Counted from the first letter of the whole stretch, positions 27,001-39,800 are shown. The stretch is DNA of 60,685 nt, filler included, from Nemertoderma westbladi (GCA_032718475.1; 3 parts of 3 records of this genome joined end to end with filler, not necessarily neighbours in it), one strand, 5' to 3'. Program-made: numbers and translations. The notes: generated by a model from the sequence alone, not told the origin.

Positions 27001-28034
27001 TTCAAGCTCAATTAGAATGGAAGCATTAGTTTCCCTTAATGAATCTAGTTGGCTATTATGATCATCTATCATCTCTAAAACTTCTTTCGACTTCAGAACA
27101 TCTTTATAATTTGATAATTCTGCTTTAATTTCTTCTACTTCGCAGTTTTTATCTTCAAGGTTCTTCCTTATGTTATCCAATTCTAACTTTAATGAGACAC
27201 ATTCTGTTTCCTTGTGGACTAAATCAGCTTGGACATTTGACAAAACAAGGTTATCAATTCCTTCAACCTGTGACTGTAAGGATGATATCTCAGCATCCTT
27301 GCGTCGTATTTCAATTCGTAACTCAGCAGCCTCATCAGATATATTTTCCTCACCTTTTGTCTGAGAATCAATGTGAAGCTCTGCTGAATCTTTCCTGGCT
27401 GAGGTTAAATATTCTACTTCAGCTTTCAAAGTCTCTATAGTTACATCTTTCTCACTAGACTCAGTTGTACTAAATTCGAACATGTTTTTAAGAATTACAA
27501 TTTCATGATCCTTTTCAGTTACCTTTGATTGCCAGTCAATATTGCTTTCTATATTTTCATCACCTTTTGTCTGAGAATCAATGTGAAGTTCTGCTGACTC
27601 TTTCCTGGCTGCTGTCAAATATTCTACTTTAGCTTTCCAAGTCTCTATAGTTACATCTTTCTCACTAGACTCAGTTGTACTCAATTCGAGCATGTTTTTA
27701 AGCATTACAATTTCATGATCTTTTTCAGTAACCTTTGATTGCCAGTCAATATCACTTTCTACATTAGGGTGACTTAGTTTCTGACACAGATCATCTATCT
27801 CTAATCTCAATGTACGAATAATGTCGTTCTTTTTGGAAATCTCTGCTTCTAGTTCTAAAGTGTGAAGACTTGATTCTTCTTTTTCTATTTTTCTATATGT
27901 GGATTGATCCAAATATTTGACTGCAGACACACTACCACCACTGCTTGCAACTGCAATGGGTCCAATGGCATGACGGTTTGAATATCTAGTTACATACTTG
28001 TCCCCAATTTGCTCGGTACTGTCACTACTATAGC
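24034..28034 (-). CDS. FHAD1: FHAD1-like long coiled-coil protein, 5'-incomplete single giant exon
   Basis: 1298-aa ORF whose frame stays open from the GTG at 27930 to the gap edge at 28034 (YSSDSTEQ...GGSV). C-terminal blocks 'KCRGEKHDLVIMRQREALAELRHRIKLLE' and 'ESEKSYL..SMGHLPRDE..RERDLE..RKDSLLTNYEKDL' match my recollection of FHAD1. The FHA domain is not visible. Confidence 0.85.
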
Positions 28035-28134
28035 NNNNNNNNNNNNNNNNNNNNNNNNNNNNNNNNNNNNNNNNNNNNTTAATTAATTAANNNNNNNNNN
28101 NNNNNNNNNNNNNNNNNNNNNNNNNNNNNNNNNN
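28035..28134. other. Assembly gap with artificial TTAATTAATTAA spacer
   Basis: 44 N + TTAATTAATTAA + 44 N. Confidence 0.98.
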
Positions 28135-30909
28135 GTAATCACTACACAAAGCGGTGCGCTTTCAATGAAGTGTTACCTATGAGACACTAAAACAAATAAT
28201 ACTAATTTACCTAAGTTACTTAATACTACAAATTACGTACAATTCGGGTGAGATTACAATCTTTAAATAAACACAAAAATTTACAAAAACACAAATACGA
28301 ATTTTTAGGGTAATTTTACAAGAAGTCTACAAACCAGCCTAACAAAGGGTTAGAAATCTGGTTATTACAACGGACAGAGTACTACGGTATTTGAAATAAT
28401 AAGTAGTAGTAAATACACTGCGTTGTCTAGATAGGAAAATACCACCGCCTGACGACCTATAGCCGTATCGCTATAGGTGCTACGTTATGTATCACGGAGT
28501 GTTCCTACCTAGAAGTTAATAGAGCTAATCGAATGTGCCTATCAACCACTTTACAACACAGATGTAATGTCTACAATAATTACTTCGGAAAGTACTGTAC
28601 ACTAAACCCTAAATTAGGTACGAGTACTTGTATAACAAATAATCAGTAGTTAAATATACTTGAACAGCTAAAAGAACCACGGCATCTGCTGGAGTGACCG
28701 ATGCACAAAATCACCAGTCTTTACCTACGCCGAGCAGCCCATGTAGTACCGGGGTTAATTTAACTATAACGGTATGTATAACAAACACAATTACTGTAGG
28801 AACAAACTTAGGGACTTGAATGTTGCGAATAATCGCATAAACTCTGAATAATAAATATTACGCTACGCGTACAAACTACTCAAACAAAATACAGACCGAA
28901 CACTGACAGACTACTATCAAGCCTAAACAAACTACGGTATATGCAGACTCCGAAATGATTAGGGAGTATGCGCTCTAACCCAGTAGTGCGACTTATTCTT
29001 TAGTCGGGGGTTTACCTTACAGCTTCGCTGCCCCTACTGCCTAATCGTACTTAATCGGACAGATGATCTACACACGCAGCAATCCGCTCAGACCTAATAA
29101 CAGCCAGACAACTATCCAGCCTACAAATTATTTAAATAAAAGTATACGCTACCCGTACAGACTTACACAAACAAAGTACAGACTAAACGATGGCAGACTA
29201 CTCTCAAGCCTAAATAAACTACAGGACATGCAGACTCCGAAATGATTAGGGAGTATGCGCTCTAACCCAGTAGTGCGACTTATTCTTTAGTTGGGGGTTT
29301 ACCTTACAGCGTTGCTGCCCCTACTTCCTAACCGTACTTAATCGGACAAGTGCTCTACACACACTGCAATTCGTTCGGACTTAACAGCAATCAGACAACA
29401 GCTCAGCCTACAAATTGTCTGTACAATCTGATCAGGTTTACACGCCTTCTGTTCAATACTGGCCTACAAACAAATAAAACTGACAGAAATAGGCCTAAGT
29501 AAAATCCCAATAAAAACCAGGCGTCCCCGATTAATTATTAAGACCTACCGGCATATATAATCAAATCGAATAATACTGCTGTACTTATACGGAAGTAGGT
29601 ACCGGTCCGGATGATCAGGCAGTCAGGCCTACTGGTTACCGGTCGACCGATACTTTCGACTTTATTGCTTACTGCAATAAAGAAGCTATATCCTTTAATG
29701 TTCGCGCTTTCAGACCTTTGGCAGTTTAACCCGCCAAATTAGAATGTCTTCTAGATAATAAATCTGCTTTTAGTCTATGACAAGTATTTGATTCACTACA
29801 CTAGTCGAAACCAATCCGTGCGCGACCATTCACCCGCTGGATATTCCCGGGAGATTGGGTTCGACGGTTTAATTTTTATTGCTATGTAAGCCTAATGTAT
29901 TATTCGACTGACAGTATTATATAATCTCTGACAATATTATTCACCTTCGGTAATATTAACAGTTCCTTTAGGACGTGGCGCTTTATCTATATAAACAGAG
30001 TTATGACTTAAACTACTCACAACGATATGGCTTAATTATAATTCACATATATGGCGCATTCTTTAGGAATTGCTTCTTTAACAGACTCACTCATACACTA
30101 TGCTGCACAATACTGCACACTAATCTGCCAATCTTCACTGATTTTAGTCACATATAAAAGGAACACAGGCTGACTCATGTAGGGTCTATCAAATAACATT
30201 AGATTCACTTCAAACCACTTTAACATAAGTCACAATCGTTATTGGTAACCTTTCTCTCTTACCTTAGGTATATCAAGAATATTGGGTTGCGGGGTTATTT
30301 ATCGTTATTCCAAATATAATTATTCATCAACCATATTATGAAGAACTGACAGCAAATAGCAGTATAAAACAACAAGTCAGTACCGGTACATAGGCATGAG
30401 ATATTCAAGTAGTCAGTTTGTTTTGTATGTTAAAGGATATATGCCCTTTATAATTAAACCTACCAGTGTACGACTAAAAAGCAGTACAGCACAAAATACT
30501 TCCAAGCCGTTCTTTCTTTGGCTCAAGACTGAATGTAAACACTGCACATAGGCATTGCGTCATTTCTCGGAAATTTTCTGTACAAGGAGCCACAAAAACG
30601 CTCTCATTGGCTGACTGAACTGAGAGACGCCGTAGAACAAAGGAAATCAACACGTATGAATGTCAGCTGTTAACCGTAGTCATAGTAACTACTGTTCAAG
30701 AGTAGCTATCACCCTTTTGCGTCACGAATTGCCATAGAATCATAAAAATATGCCTTTCACAGTACACATACGGAGGAAATAGGTCTTAGATCCTCTAAAA
30801 ACACCGATACAGCAATAATACGGTCTCTTACACTTATTAAATCAACTACAGAGTATTTTAAGGTAAAAGATAATAAAAATAACGGGGCAATTCAGCAAAG
30901 GCTTTTACA
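28135..30909 (+). mobile_element. ~2.77-kb LTR-like repeat, copy 1
   Basis: Starts (T)GTAATCACTAC at the gap edge and ends GCTTTTACA; non-coding; colinear with 48538-51303; internal 287-bp tandem duplication; interrupts a BEL gag. Confidence 0.75.
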
Positions 30910-31720
30910 GCCACTGTGTAATTTGGTCCATTAACTGACAACCCACCGATCGCTTTAAGAGCATCTCCCTTCAAGCTTTGCTGTAAGTTTTAAATGCTAT
31001 TATAACATTGGAGTTTTAAATGGTATAGTGAAATTTATTGACATCTGGCACTTGGGCATCGTCTACGCTGTTCAAGAACGCATCATGCCATCCTGAATAT
31101 TCTAACAGGTTTCCGTCAAAACACGGTGGTTTAAGTTTTGGTAATATAGACCTAGCAAACATTTTACTTTCAGTTTGAGATTTTAACATAATTAAATGGG
31201 TTGAATCGAAATTTGGTACATTCATTGTATTATCAGTTATGTTTTGTGGGGGTATTAAATTTTGACTGTGTTCGACTTCAATTAATTCTCGTAACTGAGA
31301 AATTCCATTGTCAATTTTTACTTGATACTCATCTGATGATTGTAAGTCGTCTTTCAGTTCTGTGTCCGTGAACAACGCTCCTAGGTCGCAATCCATTGTG
31401 AGAATCCGATCACGCAAGTTGACGAGTTTATCGATCGTTGTTTTTCGTTTGCTTAGGGTATCCTGTTCCGCAATCAAATTTACATTTCTTGAGATATGAC
31501 AGCGAATCACCTTTAGGTAGTTTAATATAGAGGTAGATTATTGTATAACTTCCGATTTTCTTTCCAAGATTGTGTAACTGTTTTAAACTTCATTATTGAC
31601 ATACCATTAATATTTTCTTTGTATTGTTGACCGAAGCCCTCACATTGTCGAAAGAAATATTGTTGTCTCCAATAATCACCATTACGTATATAATAAATAA
31701 TCCTAAATATCCTAAAATAC
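30910..31720 (-). mobile_element. BEL/Pao retrotransposon gag remnant (DUF1759-like)
   Basis: 'LPKLKPPCFDGNLLEYSGWHDAFLNSVD..PDVNKFHY' and, after a disruption, 'LQQSLKGDALKAIGGLSVNGPNYTVA'. Confidence 0.85.
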
Positions 31721-32059
31721 AATTATAACTTTCTGCACAAATTACTCACAGTTCTCACAACCGTGAGTCTGTGCCAATATTGAAGACTGAGCTCACAATT
31801 CCGGGTTGTCTCAAAATAAAATTTCTACATATCATTAAGCTGAATAGCACTGCTGATATACTGTATTTATCGCCTGACTTTGTGTTACATCAAATTGTAC
31901 TGTATCTCATAAATTATTGTACTGAACACCGGAATTGTTTGCTTTTAACAAATTATTGAAACAATAATGACGATAAATAAATGACATAAATTGCACATAC
32001 ATAATAAAAACGGATATTGCCAATGAAGCTTACTCAAATTCCGATTACAATTTATGACA

Positions 32060-32322
32060 GGGGGGGGGGGGGGGGGAACTGGACGCAATAATGATTCATC
32101 CCTCTTCAGGGGAAATTGGATGCAAATAAAAGATGATTACTCTCAAAAATAAAACTTTAACCTGTTCTACTGTATTGTGTTTAGTTTATTGTTTTGGTTA
32201 ATATAACGTGCCACTTTAACCTGGTCCTTTCCCTAAATTGAGAATTTAACATTGATGCGGGATATTAATTCGCCAAGGCGGGTTTTGCGTCCAGCCCCCC
32301 CCCCCCCCCCCCCCCCCCCCCG
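32060..32322. mobile_element. MITE with poly-G/poly-C ends
   Basis: G-run+aactggacgcaa ... ttgcgtccag+C-run; related copy at about 44527-44790. Confidence 0.65.
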
Positions 32323-32542
32323 TCTCAAACTAAACTAAACCATATTGCTCCAACACCGGGACTACGATCAAACTAATTTATCAGACAGAACAAAAGCTTT
32401 CACTTGACTAGAGTACTACTGCTTTACGACTTGCTTCACGGGCCACTAGTAACAGCATTAGTTTCATTAAATCAAATATAATAATAGGTAATTCAATGTA
32501 CGGAGCCCCTAAAGGGACATGAGAAAAAATTTTTTTTTTTTG

Positions 32543-33387
32543 CTAACTCGTGTGAACGACTTACTAAGTCGTGCGAACGACATACTAAGTCGTGCGAACG
32601 ACTTAACTAACTCGTGCGAACGACATACTAAGTCGTGCGAACGACTTACTAAGTCGTGCGAACGACTTAACTATATTAAGTCGTGCGAACGACATACTAA
32701 GTCGTGCGAATTACTTAACTAACTCGTGCGAACGACATACTAAGACTTACTAAGTCGTGCGAACGACATACTAAGTTTTGCGAACGACTTAACTAACGCG
32801 TGCGAACGACTTAGTAACTCGTGCGAACGACTTACTAAGTCGTGCGAACGACTTAACTAACTCGTGCGAACGACATACTAAGTCGTGCGAACGACATACT
32901 AAGTCGTGCGAACTACTTAACTAACTCGTGCGAACGACATACTAAGACTTACTAAGTTGTGCGAACTACTTAACTAACTCGTGCGAACGACATACTAAGA
33001 CTTACTAAGTCGTGCGAACGACTTACTAAGTCGTGCGAACAACATACTAAGTTTTGCGAACGACTTAACTAACGCGTGCGAACGACTTAGTAACTCGTGC
33101 GAATGACTTACTAACTCGTGCGATCGACATACTAAGTCGTGCGAACGACTTACTAAGTCGTGCGAACGATATACTAAATCGTGCGAACGACTTAACTAAC
33201 TCGTGCGCATGACATACTAAGTCGTGCGAACGACATACTGAATCGTGCGAACGACTTACTATGTCGTTCTAACGACATACTAACTCGTGCGAACGACTTA
33301 CTAAGTTGTGCGAACGACATACTATGTCATGCGAACGACTTAACTAACGCGTGCGAACGACTTAGTAACTCGTGCGAACGACTTACT
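32543..33387. repeat. 21/25-bp minisatellite (actaagtcgtgcgaacgactt)n
   Basis: Roughly 35-40 units with a palindromic aagtcgt-gcga-acgactt core. Confidence 0.95.
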
Positions 33388-33498
33388 CTCATGAATTGAT
33401 TAATTAAATATTAAATATATAGCAATTCATTAGCAGTAATTGCTGTAATTATTTTATTATACAACAGTCAGACAGTACTAAAGGCATCATATATAGAG

Positions 33499-35748
33499 TG
33501 TCAACCAACCACCACCAGACTAAGATAGGTATATCTGTAGGTTCTTTATTAGGCCTAAGTACCCGGTTTATCTCGTGTCTCTTAGGTCATAACATCCCCC
33601 TTTCCTTTTTAATTTTTAGTTTAGTTTCAGTTTCGTAGTTCTGTCGTCGCGAAATGAACTGTTTGTTTACGTTCACGTTTGCTTCGGCGAAGTTTATTAG
33701 TATCAGTTTCGACCTCCTCTAGGTTGTTTGTGTCGGCGGGTTCACTGTGTTCATTATATGGCCGTAGGAATCTACGATTCCTCCACCACGTTCTCCCAGA
33801 GGGAAGTTTGGCATAGTAGTCGCGCCGATGCCCACAATCTCGCCTACATGGGTCCAGACTCGATTATGGTGGTCCTGGACTCGCACCTTGGTGCCGATTT
33901 TGAATGGTTTAAGCACGTGAGCGGTTGTGTCGTAGTGGTCTCTTGCCAGTTGTTGGGTTTTTGCGGCACGGTTGTCGAGTTCCTCCGCTTCAGTTTTCCA
34001 TTGTTGCGCGTAGCGGCTGTAATGGGCAGGGACACGTGTTCGGATTTGTCGCCCAAACACGATTTCACTGGGTGATCGCCCGCCTCCTCTTGGGGTGTTC
34101 CGAATTTCTAACAGCCCCTCTTGAAATTCCTCGGAGTGAACGTCTGGTCGCCGAAGTTTGCGCAGCAGTGTTTTTATTAGTTTGACCATGGCCTCGGCAT
34201 GGCCGTTGCTGCTTGGGAAGTGCGGAGTCGAAGCCTCCCATCGTACTCCCCATCTTTTCAGAAATTTCCTGAAGACGGCGGCGGAAAATTGAGGACCTCC
34301 GTCGGAATGAAAGCTGGTCGGTACACCAAGGTCGACAAAGAATTGTCGGACGACACGGATGCACTGAAGTGCAGTTGGATCGGATCGCCATTGTGCAATT
34401 AATGGGTAGCCTGACATTCGATCAGCATACACCAGGAAGTGTTCACCCCCTGTGGTGAAAAGGTCTGCTGAAACGGATTGGAATGGTCGGTCAGGGGTTG
34501 GGTCGGCCATTAAGTGTTCTTTTGGAAGACTGGGGAGGTGAGTCTGGCAGGCGTCGCAATTGCGTACCATCCGCTCGATATCACCTGTTATCCCAGGCCA
34601 GTACACAGTGTGCCGCGCACGTTGTTTGGTGCAAGTGACACCTTGATGAGCGGCATGTAGACGGTTTAAGATATCGCTTCGGTTTGCTTGTGGGACAACT
34701 ATCCTGTCACCATATAGAACTAGACCATCATCCACTGATAGGTTGTTTTGGATAGAGCGATAAGGTCGCATTGAATCTAGGTTCTTGTGGGTCCCTTTGA
34801 AGTCTGCAAGTATGAGTTTTATCAGCTCTTGGTACTCGATATCTTCTTGGGCTGCGCGTTGGAGTTCGATTACAAGCTCATCATCATTAGTACCCTGGAT
34901 TGCGGTACAGATATGGCCTATGGTATGGAACTCATCGGTCTCATTATCTTTGGGTTTACGGTCCACAGGGTGGCGGCTTAGTGCATCCGCGATACAATGT
35001 TTGCGGCCAGCACGCCACTCAACATCAAATATATAGTTCGACTGGAGGTCTGCCTTTAGGCGTTGTATCCTCCGATTTGTAACTTGCTCCAAGTTTTTGA
35101 GTTAAATATTGATTGAAGGGGATTGTGGTCTGATATGATTGTAAATTTGGGTAGACCCGCAAGGTATAGCCGGCACTTGGTGCAGGCATAATGTATTGCC
35201 AGAGTCTCCAGATCGATAGGTGCATACCGAGTCTCGGCATCGGAAAGAAACCGACTGCCACAGGTGACCAACTTCCATTGGTCTCCGTGACGCTGCAGTA
35301 GGTCATATCCCAGTCCCCCATCAATCCGGCAGGCATCTGCTTCTAATCTTGTTTCCCTTTGTATGTCAAATGGTGCCAAGATCGGAGGTGATGTCAGGGA
35401 TTGTTTGATACGCTGGAAGGCTACATCATGGTTCGCATTCCAGTGAAATTCGTTCCGCGTTCGAAGCAATTCCCGCAGCGGTGCAGCAGTATCAGCAATA
35501 TCATCACTGAACTGGCCCAGCTGGTTTACCAGCCCCATAAAACTGCGAATATCGGTTATATTAGCAGGTGTTGGGTAATCAGAAATGGCCCTGAGCATTT
35601 CTGGGTCTGCCTCTGTGCCGTCTGCAGTCAGGATATATCCTGCAAATTTTACTTGCGGTTTAGCGAATTGAAATTTTGCTGGGTGTAGGGTGATAGCGTG
35701 TTTACGGCAGCGAAGTAGTACTTCCCGTACCCGTTGGGTGTGTTCCAC
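33499..35748 (-). mobile_element. Ty3/Gypsy retrotransposon 3' half (RT end, RNase H, integrase, PPT, short LTR), frameshifted
   Basis: RNase H 'ADAC..GLG', 'YAPIDLE', 'SDHNPL', 'ADALSR'; integrase HHCC 'HAAHQG..CDAC', 'SDGGPQF', 'SNGHAE'; PPT AAAAAGGAAAGGGGGA followed by TGTTATGACC...GGTTGACA (33594-33499). Confidence 0.93.
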
Positions 35749-36673
35749 TATATATAAACCATATTCTGGAACATTTTTTAAATGTATGAATAGCTACGTA
35801 ATAGTATGATAAACCAAATATTCCAGATTATGATGTATTTATTAAATAGAATATAATAGCCTCCCTCGCGCAGGTGCATAACCATGCAACATTTGAACGC
35901 CCATATCTCCGCTATTTTTCAACGAAATTCAAATTGTGTTACATATCTGGAATCCTTGCGCGGTCAGCTTTCTATCAGTACCAACAAATCAGTATAAGGT
36001 TTAAGAATAACTGCGAGGGTGATAGCGTGTTTACGGCAGCGAAGTAGTACTTCCCGTACCCGTTGGGTGTGTTCCACTATATATAAACCATATTCTGGAA
36101 CATTTTTTAAATGTATGAATAGCTACGTAATAGTATGATAAACCAAATATTCCAGATTATGATGTATTTATTAAATAGAATATAATAGCCTCCCTCGCGC
36201 AGGTGCATAACCATGCAACATTTGAACGCCCATATCTCCGCTATTTTTCAACGAAATTCAAATTGTGTTACATATCTGGAATCCTTGCGCGGTCAGCTTT
36301 CTATCAGTACCAACAAATCAGTATAAGGTTTAAGAATAACTGCGAGGGTGATAGCGTGTTTACGGCAGCGAAGTAGTACTTCCCGTACCCGTTGGGTGTG
36401 TTCCACTATATATAAACCATATTCTGGAACATTTTTTAAATGTATGAATAGCTACGTAATAGTATGATAAACCAAATATTCCAGATTATGATGTATTTAT
36501 TAAATAGAATATAATAGCCTCCCTCGCGCAGGTGCATAACCATGCAACATTTGAACGCCCATATCTCCGCTATTTTTCAACGAAATTCAAATTGTGTTAC
36601 ATATCTGGAATCCTTGCGCGGTCAGCTTTCTATCAGTACCAACAAATCAGTATAAGGTTTAAGAATAACTGCG
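35687..36673. repeat. Three tandem 329-bp chimeric units (Gypsy pol + MITE arm)
   Basis: Units start at 35687, 36016 and 36345; no differences seen by eye. Confidence 0.95.
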
Positions 36674-36887
36674 GTGTAACTGGTGTAATATCGATGGAGA
36701 CACTTTTTTTAAACGCATGTAGCTAAAGATTGAAAGCAAAAATAAAAATTCTGGCTCACCCAGTCAGTGGTCGGGAGGTGAAACTATCTCTGTTTCAAAT
36801 TTCATGCAATCTCATTACGATTTGTAGAAAAATTATGGGGAAGGGCCGTGTCACTGAATTACGACACTATATTCTGGGACATGGTGT
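35749..36887. mobile_element. Right arm of the CACCATG-terminated MITE family
   Basis: Homologous to about 55250-55660; ends tattctgggacatggtg. Confidence 0.8.
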
Positions 36888-39800
36888 CACTAAGTAAGTA
36901 ATTCACAGTTATTAAACATAGCTCTAATTCTAGATGTTCTTTTTACCGCCTTGGATACAACAGACACAACGTTATTGCCGGTTGTGTTAATACTATCAAA
37001 TAGGCTAACAATCGATCCGTATCTAATTTGGATAAAACATGGTAAACTATGTTGTCCAAAGAATAACGACATACTATGGCCCGGGCCTCTTGGTATGGAA
37101 AATAGAAGGCGCGCAGCATTATTATAAGCTATTCTAATACGATTGATTGTACACACTACTGGAATAATTAAGTCGTGACCACAAGGAGTTACAATATAAC
37201 GGTGTAATATAAGACCTAAATAATTTAACTTTAACAACATCTGAACAGTTTTTAAATCTACGTAATAATGAGTTAGCACGTGCATACAGCCCTCTATTTA
37301 TATTTTTAATGTCGTAGTCATCGTCACGGGTTTGATGTATCACGTGACCTAAGTATGTAAATTTAGGTGTAACTTCGATTTGTTTATTATACAAATATAA
37401 AGTTGCAGGATTACTAATATTGCACTGCTTTGGTTGAAAATACATTATTTTCGTTTTCTTTAAATTGAAAATAATATTATGATCTAATGAATAAATGTAA
37501 AAACAGTTAATTAGTCTTCGTAAACCGCAAGCTGAATTAGAAATAAGACATAGATCGTCGGCATACATAATATGATTCAAACGAAGACCATCAATCATGC
37601 ACCCTACATTTGTATCTACTAGTCTGTAACTCAAATCATCCATGTACATATTGAATAAATAAGGGCTTAGGATACCACCTTGTTTAACTCCATTAGAGAC
37701 GGTAAAGGTTCTAGAATAGGAGTTACCCCGTTTGACCTTTTGGCGTTTGTGCCCGATACCAGTAGGCCAAGACACTAACTATGTAAATTGGTATACCCTT
37801 AGTTAATAATTTGTGAAATAGAGTATTATGATCTATCCTATCGAACGCCTTAGAGGCATCTAGAAAACAAACATAAACTGCTGAATTATTGTGTAAGTAA
37901 TGATCGAGCGTTTCCTTTAGAGTATAGATGCACAGTTCAGTACCACTACGTTTCTTAAATGCAAACTGGTAATCAGAGGTCTGTAGTTCAGCGCTAGTAC
38001 TATATACTCAAAAATCGTACTAAAGATCGAAGCTAAGGCTATCGGTCTGTAGTTAGATTTATCATCAGGCGCACCATTTTTATCTTTAATAATAGGTATC
38101 AATAAACATTTAATAATATTATCGGGCATGAATCCATGTACCATAATTGCACTGAATATTATTGCCAAGAATACATCAAGTATTTTACATTCATCATAAA
38201 TAAAATGCTCCGCACCAATGTTATCTGGTCCACAGCATTTACCAGCAACTAGATTAGAGATTGCACAGCTTACTTCTGCCGGACTAACAACTAAATCTCT
38301 ACTATACTTTATGTCCTGAAATAACTTATCTATCTCTATGTTACTTATTTTACTTTGTGCCTTACTATTAAAAAGAGACTAACCATATCACATACTTCTT
38401 GTTCCCCTGCAGCCCCGCTGACAGTATTGGGTTTGGGTACTGAAACGTTATTTTGCTTTTTAACCGAACTCCAGAACGTTGTATAATCTTTATTTAAATT
38501 AGCACTGGCCAACTTATCCGCGCGTATTTTTGATTCTTGTTTTTTGCATCGCCGCAAAGCTCTTTAGGAATTAATATAATTTAATTGTTTAATTAAATAG
38601 AAATGGAGATCAAATTAACTAAATAAATGAATACGAGTGCATGTTCGGATTCTTAGGAGTATTCTTTGCGGCGATGCAAAAAACAAGAATCAAAAATACG
38701 TGCGGATAAGTTGGCCAGTGCTAATTTAAATAAAGATTATACAACGTTCTGGAGTTCGGTTAAAAAGCAAAATAACGTTTCAGTACCCAAACATGGAAAC
38801 ATGTATTCGAAAGCTCTTTTGAATATTGCTTTGTCAATTAAGTTTTGCCGATGCAGTTGCCCCTGGTGTGGCGACCCAGCCTCTCGCCAACTCTTAAAGG
38901 AGCTCCTAGAGACTTCATATTTTAATCTAACCTCATCATTTCAACCAGGAGTATTCTTAAATTTGGTATTTGTATTATTTGGTTAACTCTTAATTGATAT
39001 GTCAGCAGAGTTCAGCAAAACTTTAGAAATATCTTCCAAAAGGGCAGATATACATTCACGATGCTTATTACAGTTAGTATCCGTACAATATAGTTCTTCC
39101 GGCACTACTACCTTACTGAGACCAGCACGTACAGCATCACCGTAAGCACTCAACTCCTCAGGCCTAGCTGAGTCCCACACTGGGGAACCTGACTTTGGCA
39201 CAGAGTCAGCAGAATAGCTACTGTTGTGATGAACGGCGGGTTCAATATCAAAAACCACACTTAGAGGCATATAGTGCTTAGAGGTCAGTTATTACCAAAT
39301 CATAATTAACAAAAATATTACGAATTAATGCATTGGAGCCAGTGGAACATATAATGTGGTCTAGCCACGATTTAGTCCCATGTGCTGCGCTTACAAAAGT
39401 AAAACTGTCAGATGGCAGCCTCACAGAGTCAGCAATACATAGGCCCTCACTCTGACACCAATTAGAAAGCTCTGTGAAAAGGGATTTTCCTGGATTGGCA
39501 TTAAAGTCGCCTATCACGCAACAGTATGTTGTCAGGGCCATATTTATAATGCACTGTAATTTACCAAGGTATTCTAAGTAAAGGTCTAAATGATCATCAA
39601 GCTGGTATGGTAAATATACGTTCATAACCAGTAGTTGTGAACCATTACTTCGACAAATATAAAACGGATATATTCGGTCATCATCACATTCAATGAATTC
39701 AACCGTGGTCGATCAACTTTCCTTAATCAGAACAGCTAGGCCCCCATACGGATGACCAGAGTGAAATCCGTCCGCTAGGTCTACGGACGATTTACCATGT

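Noticed and set aside
24136-27440. Short plus-strand ORFs opposite FHAD1, and antisense ORFs over RT/pol genes
   Set aside because: Shadow ORFs of real coding sequence on the other strand
28079-28090. TTAATTAATTAA palindrome inside both N runs
   Set aside because: Identical, centred, stops in all six frames: a scaffolding linker
32543-33387. CRISPR-like palindromic repeat array (also 17862-18050, 41480-42632)
   Set aside because: No unique spacers, no cas genes, eukaryotic context
35025-35092. Programmed frameshift within Gypsy pol
   Set aside because: It falls inside RNase H, not at gag-pol, and a second frameshift near 33830 indicates decay
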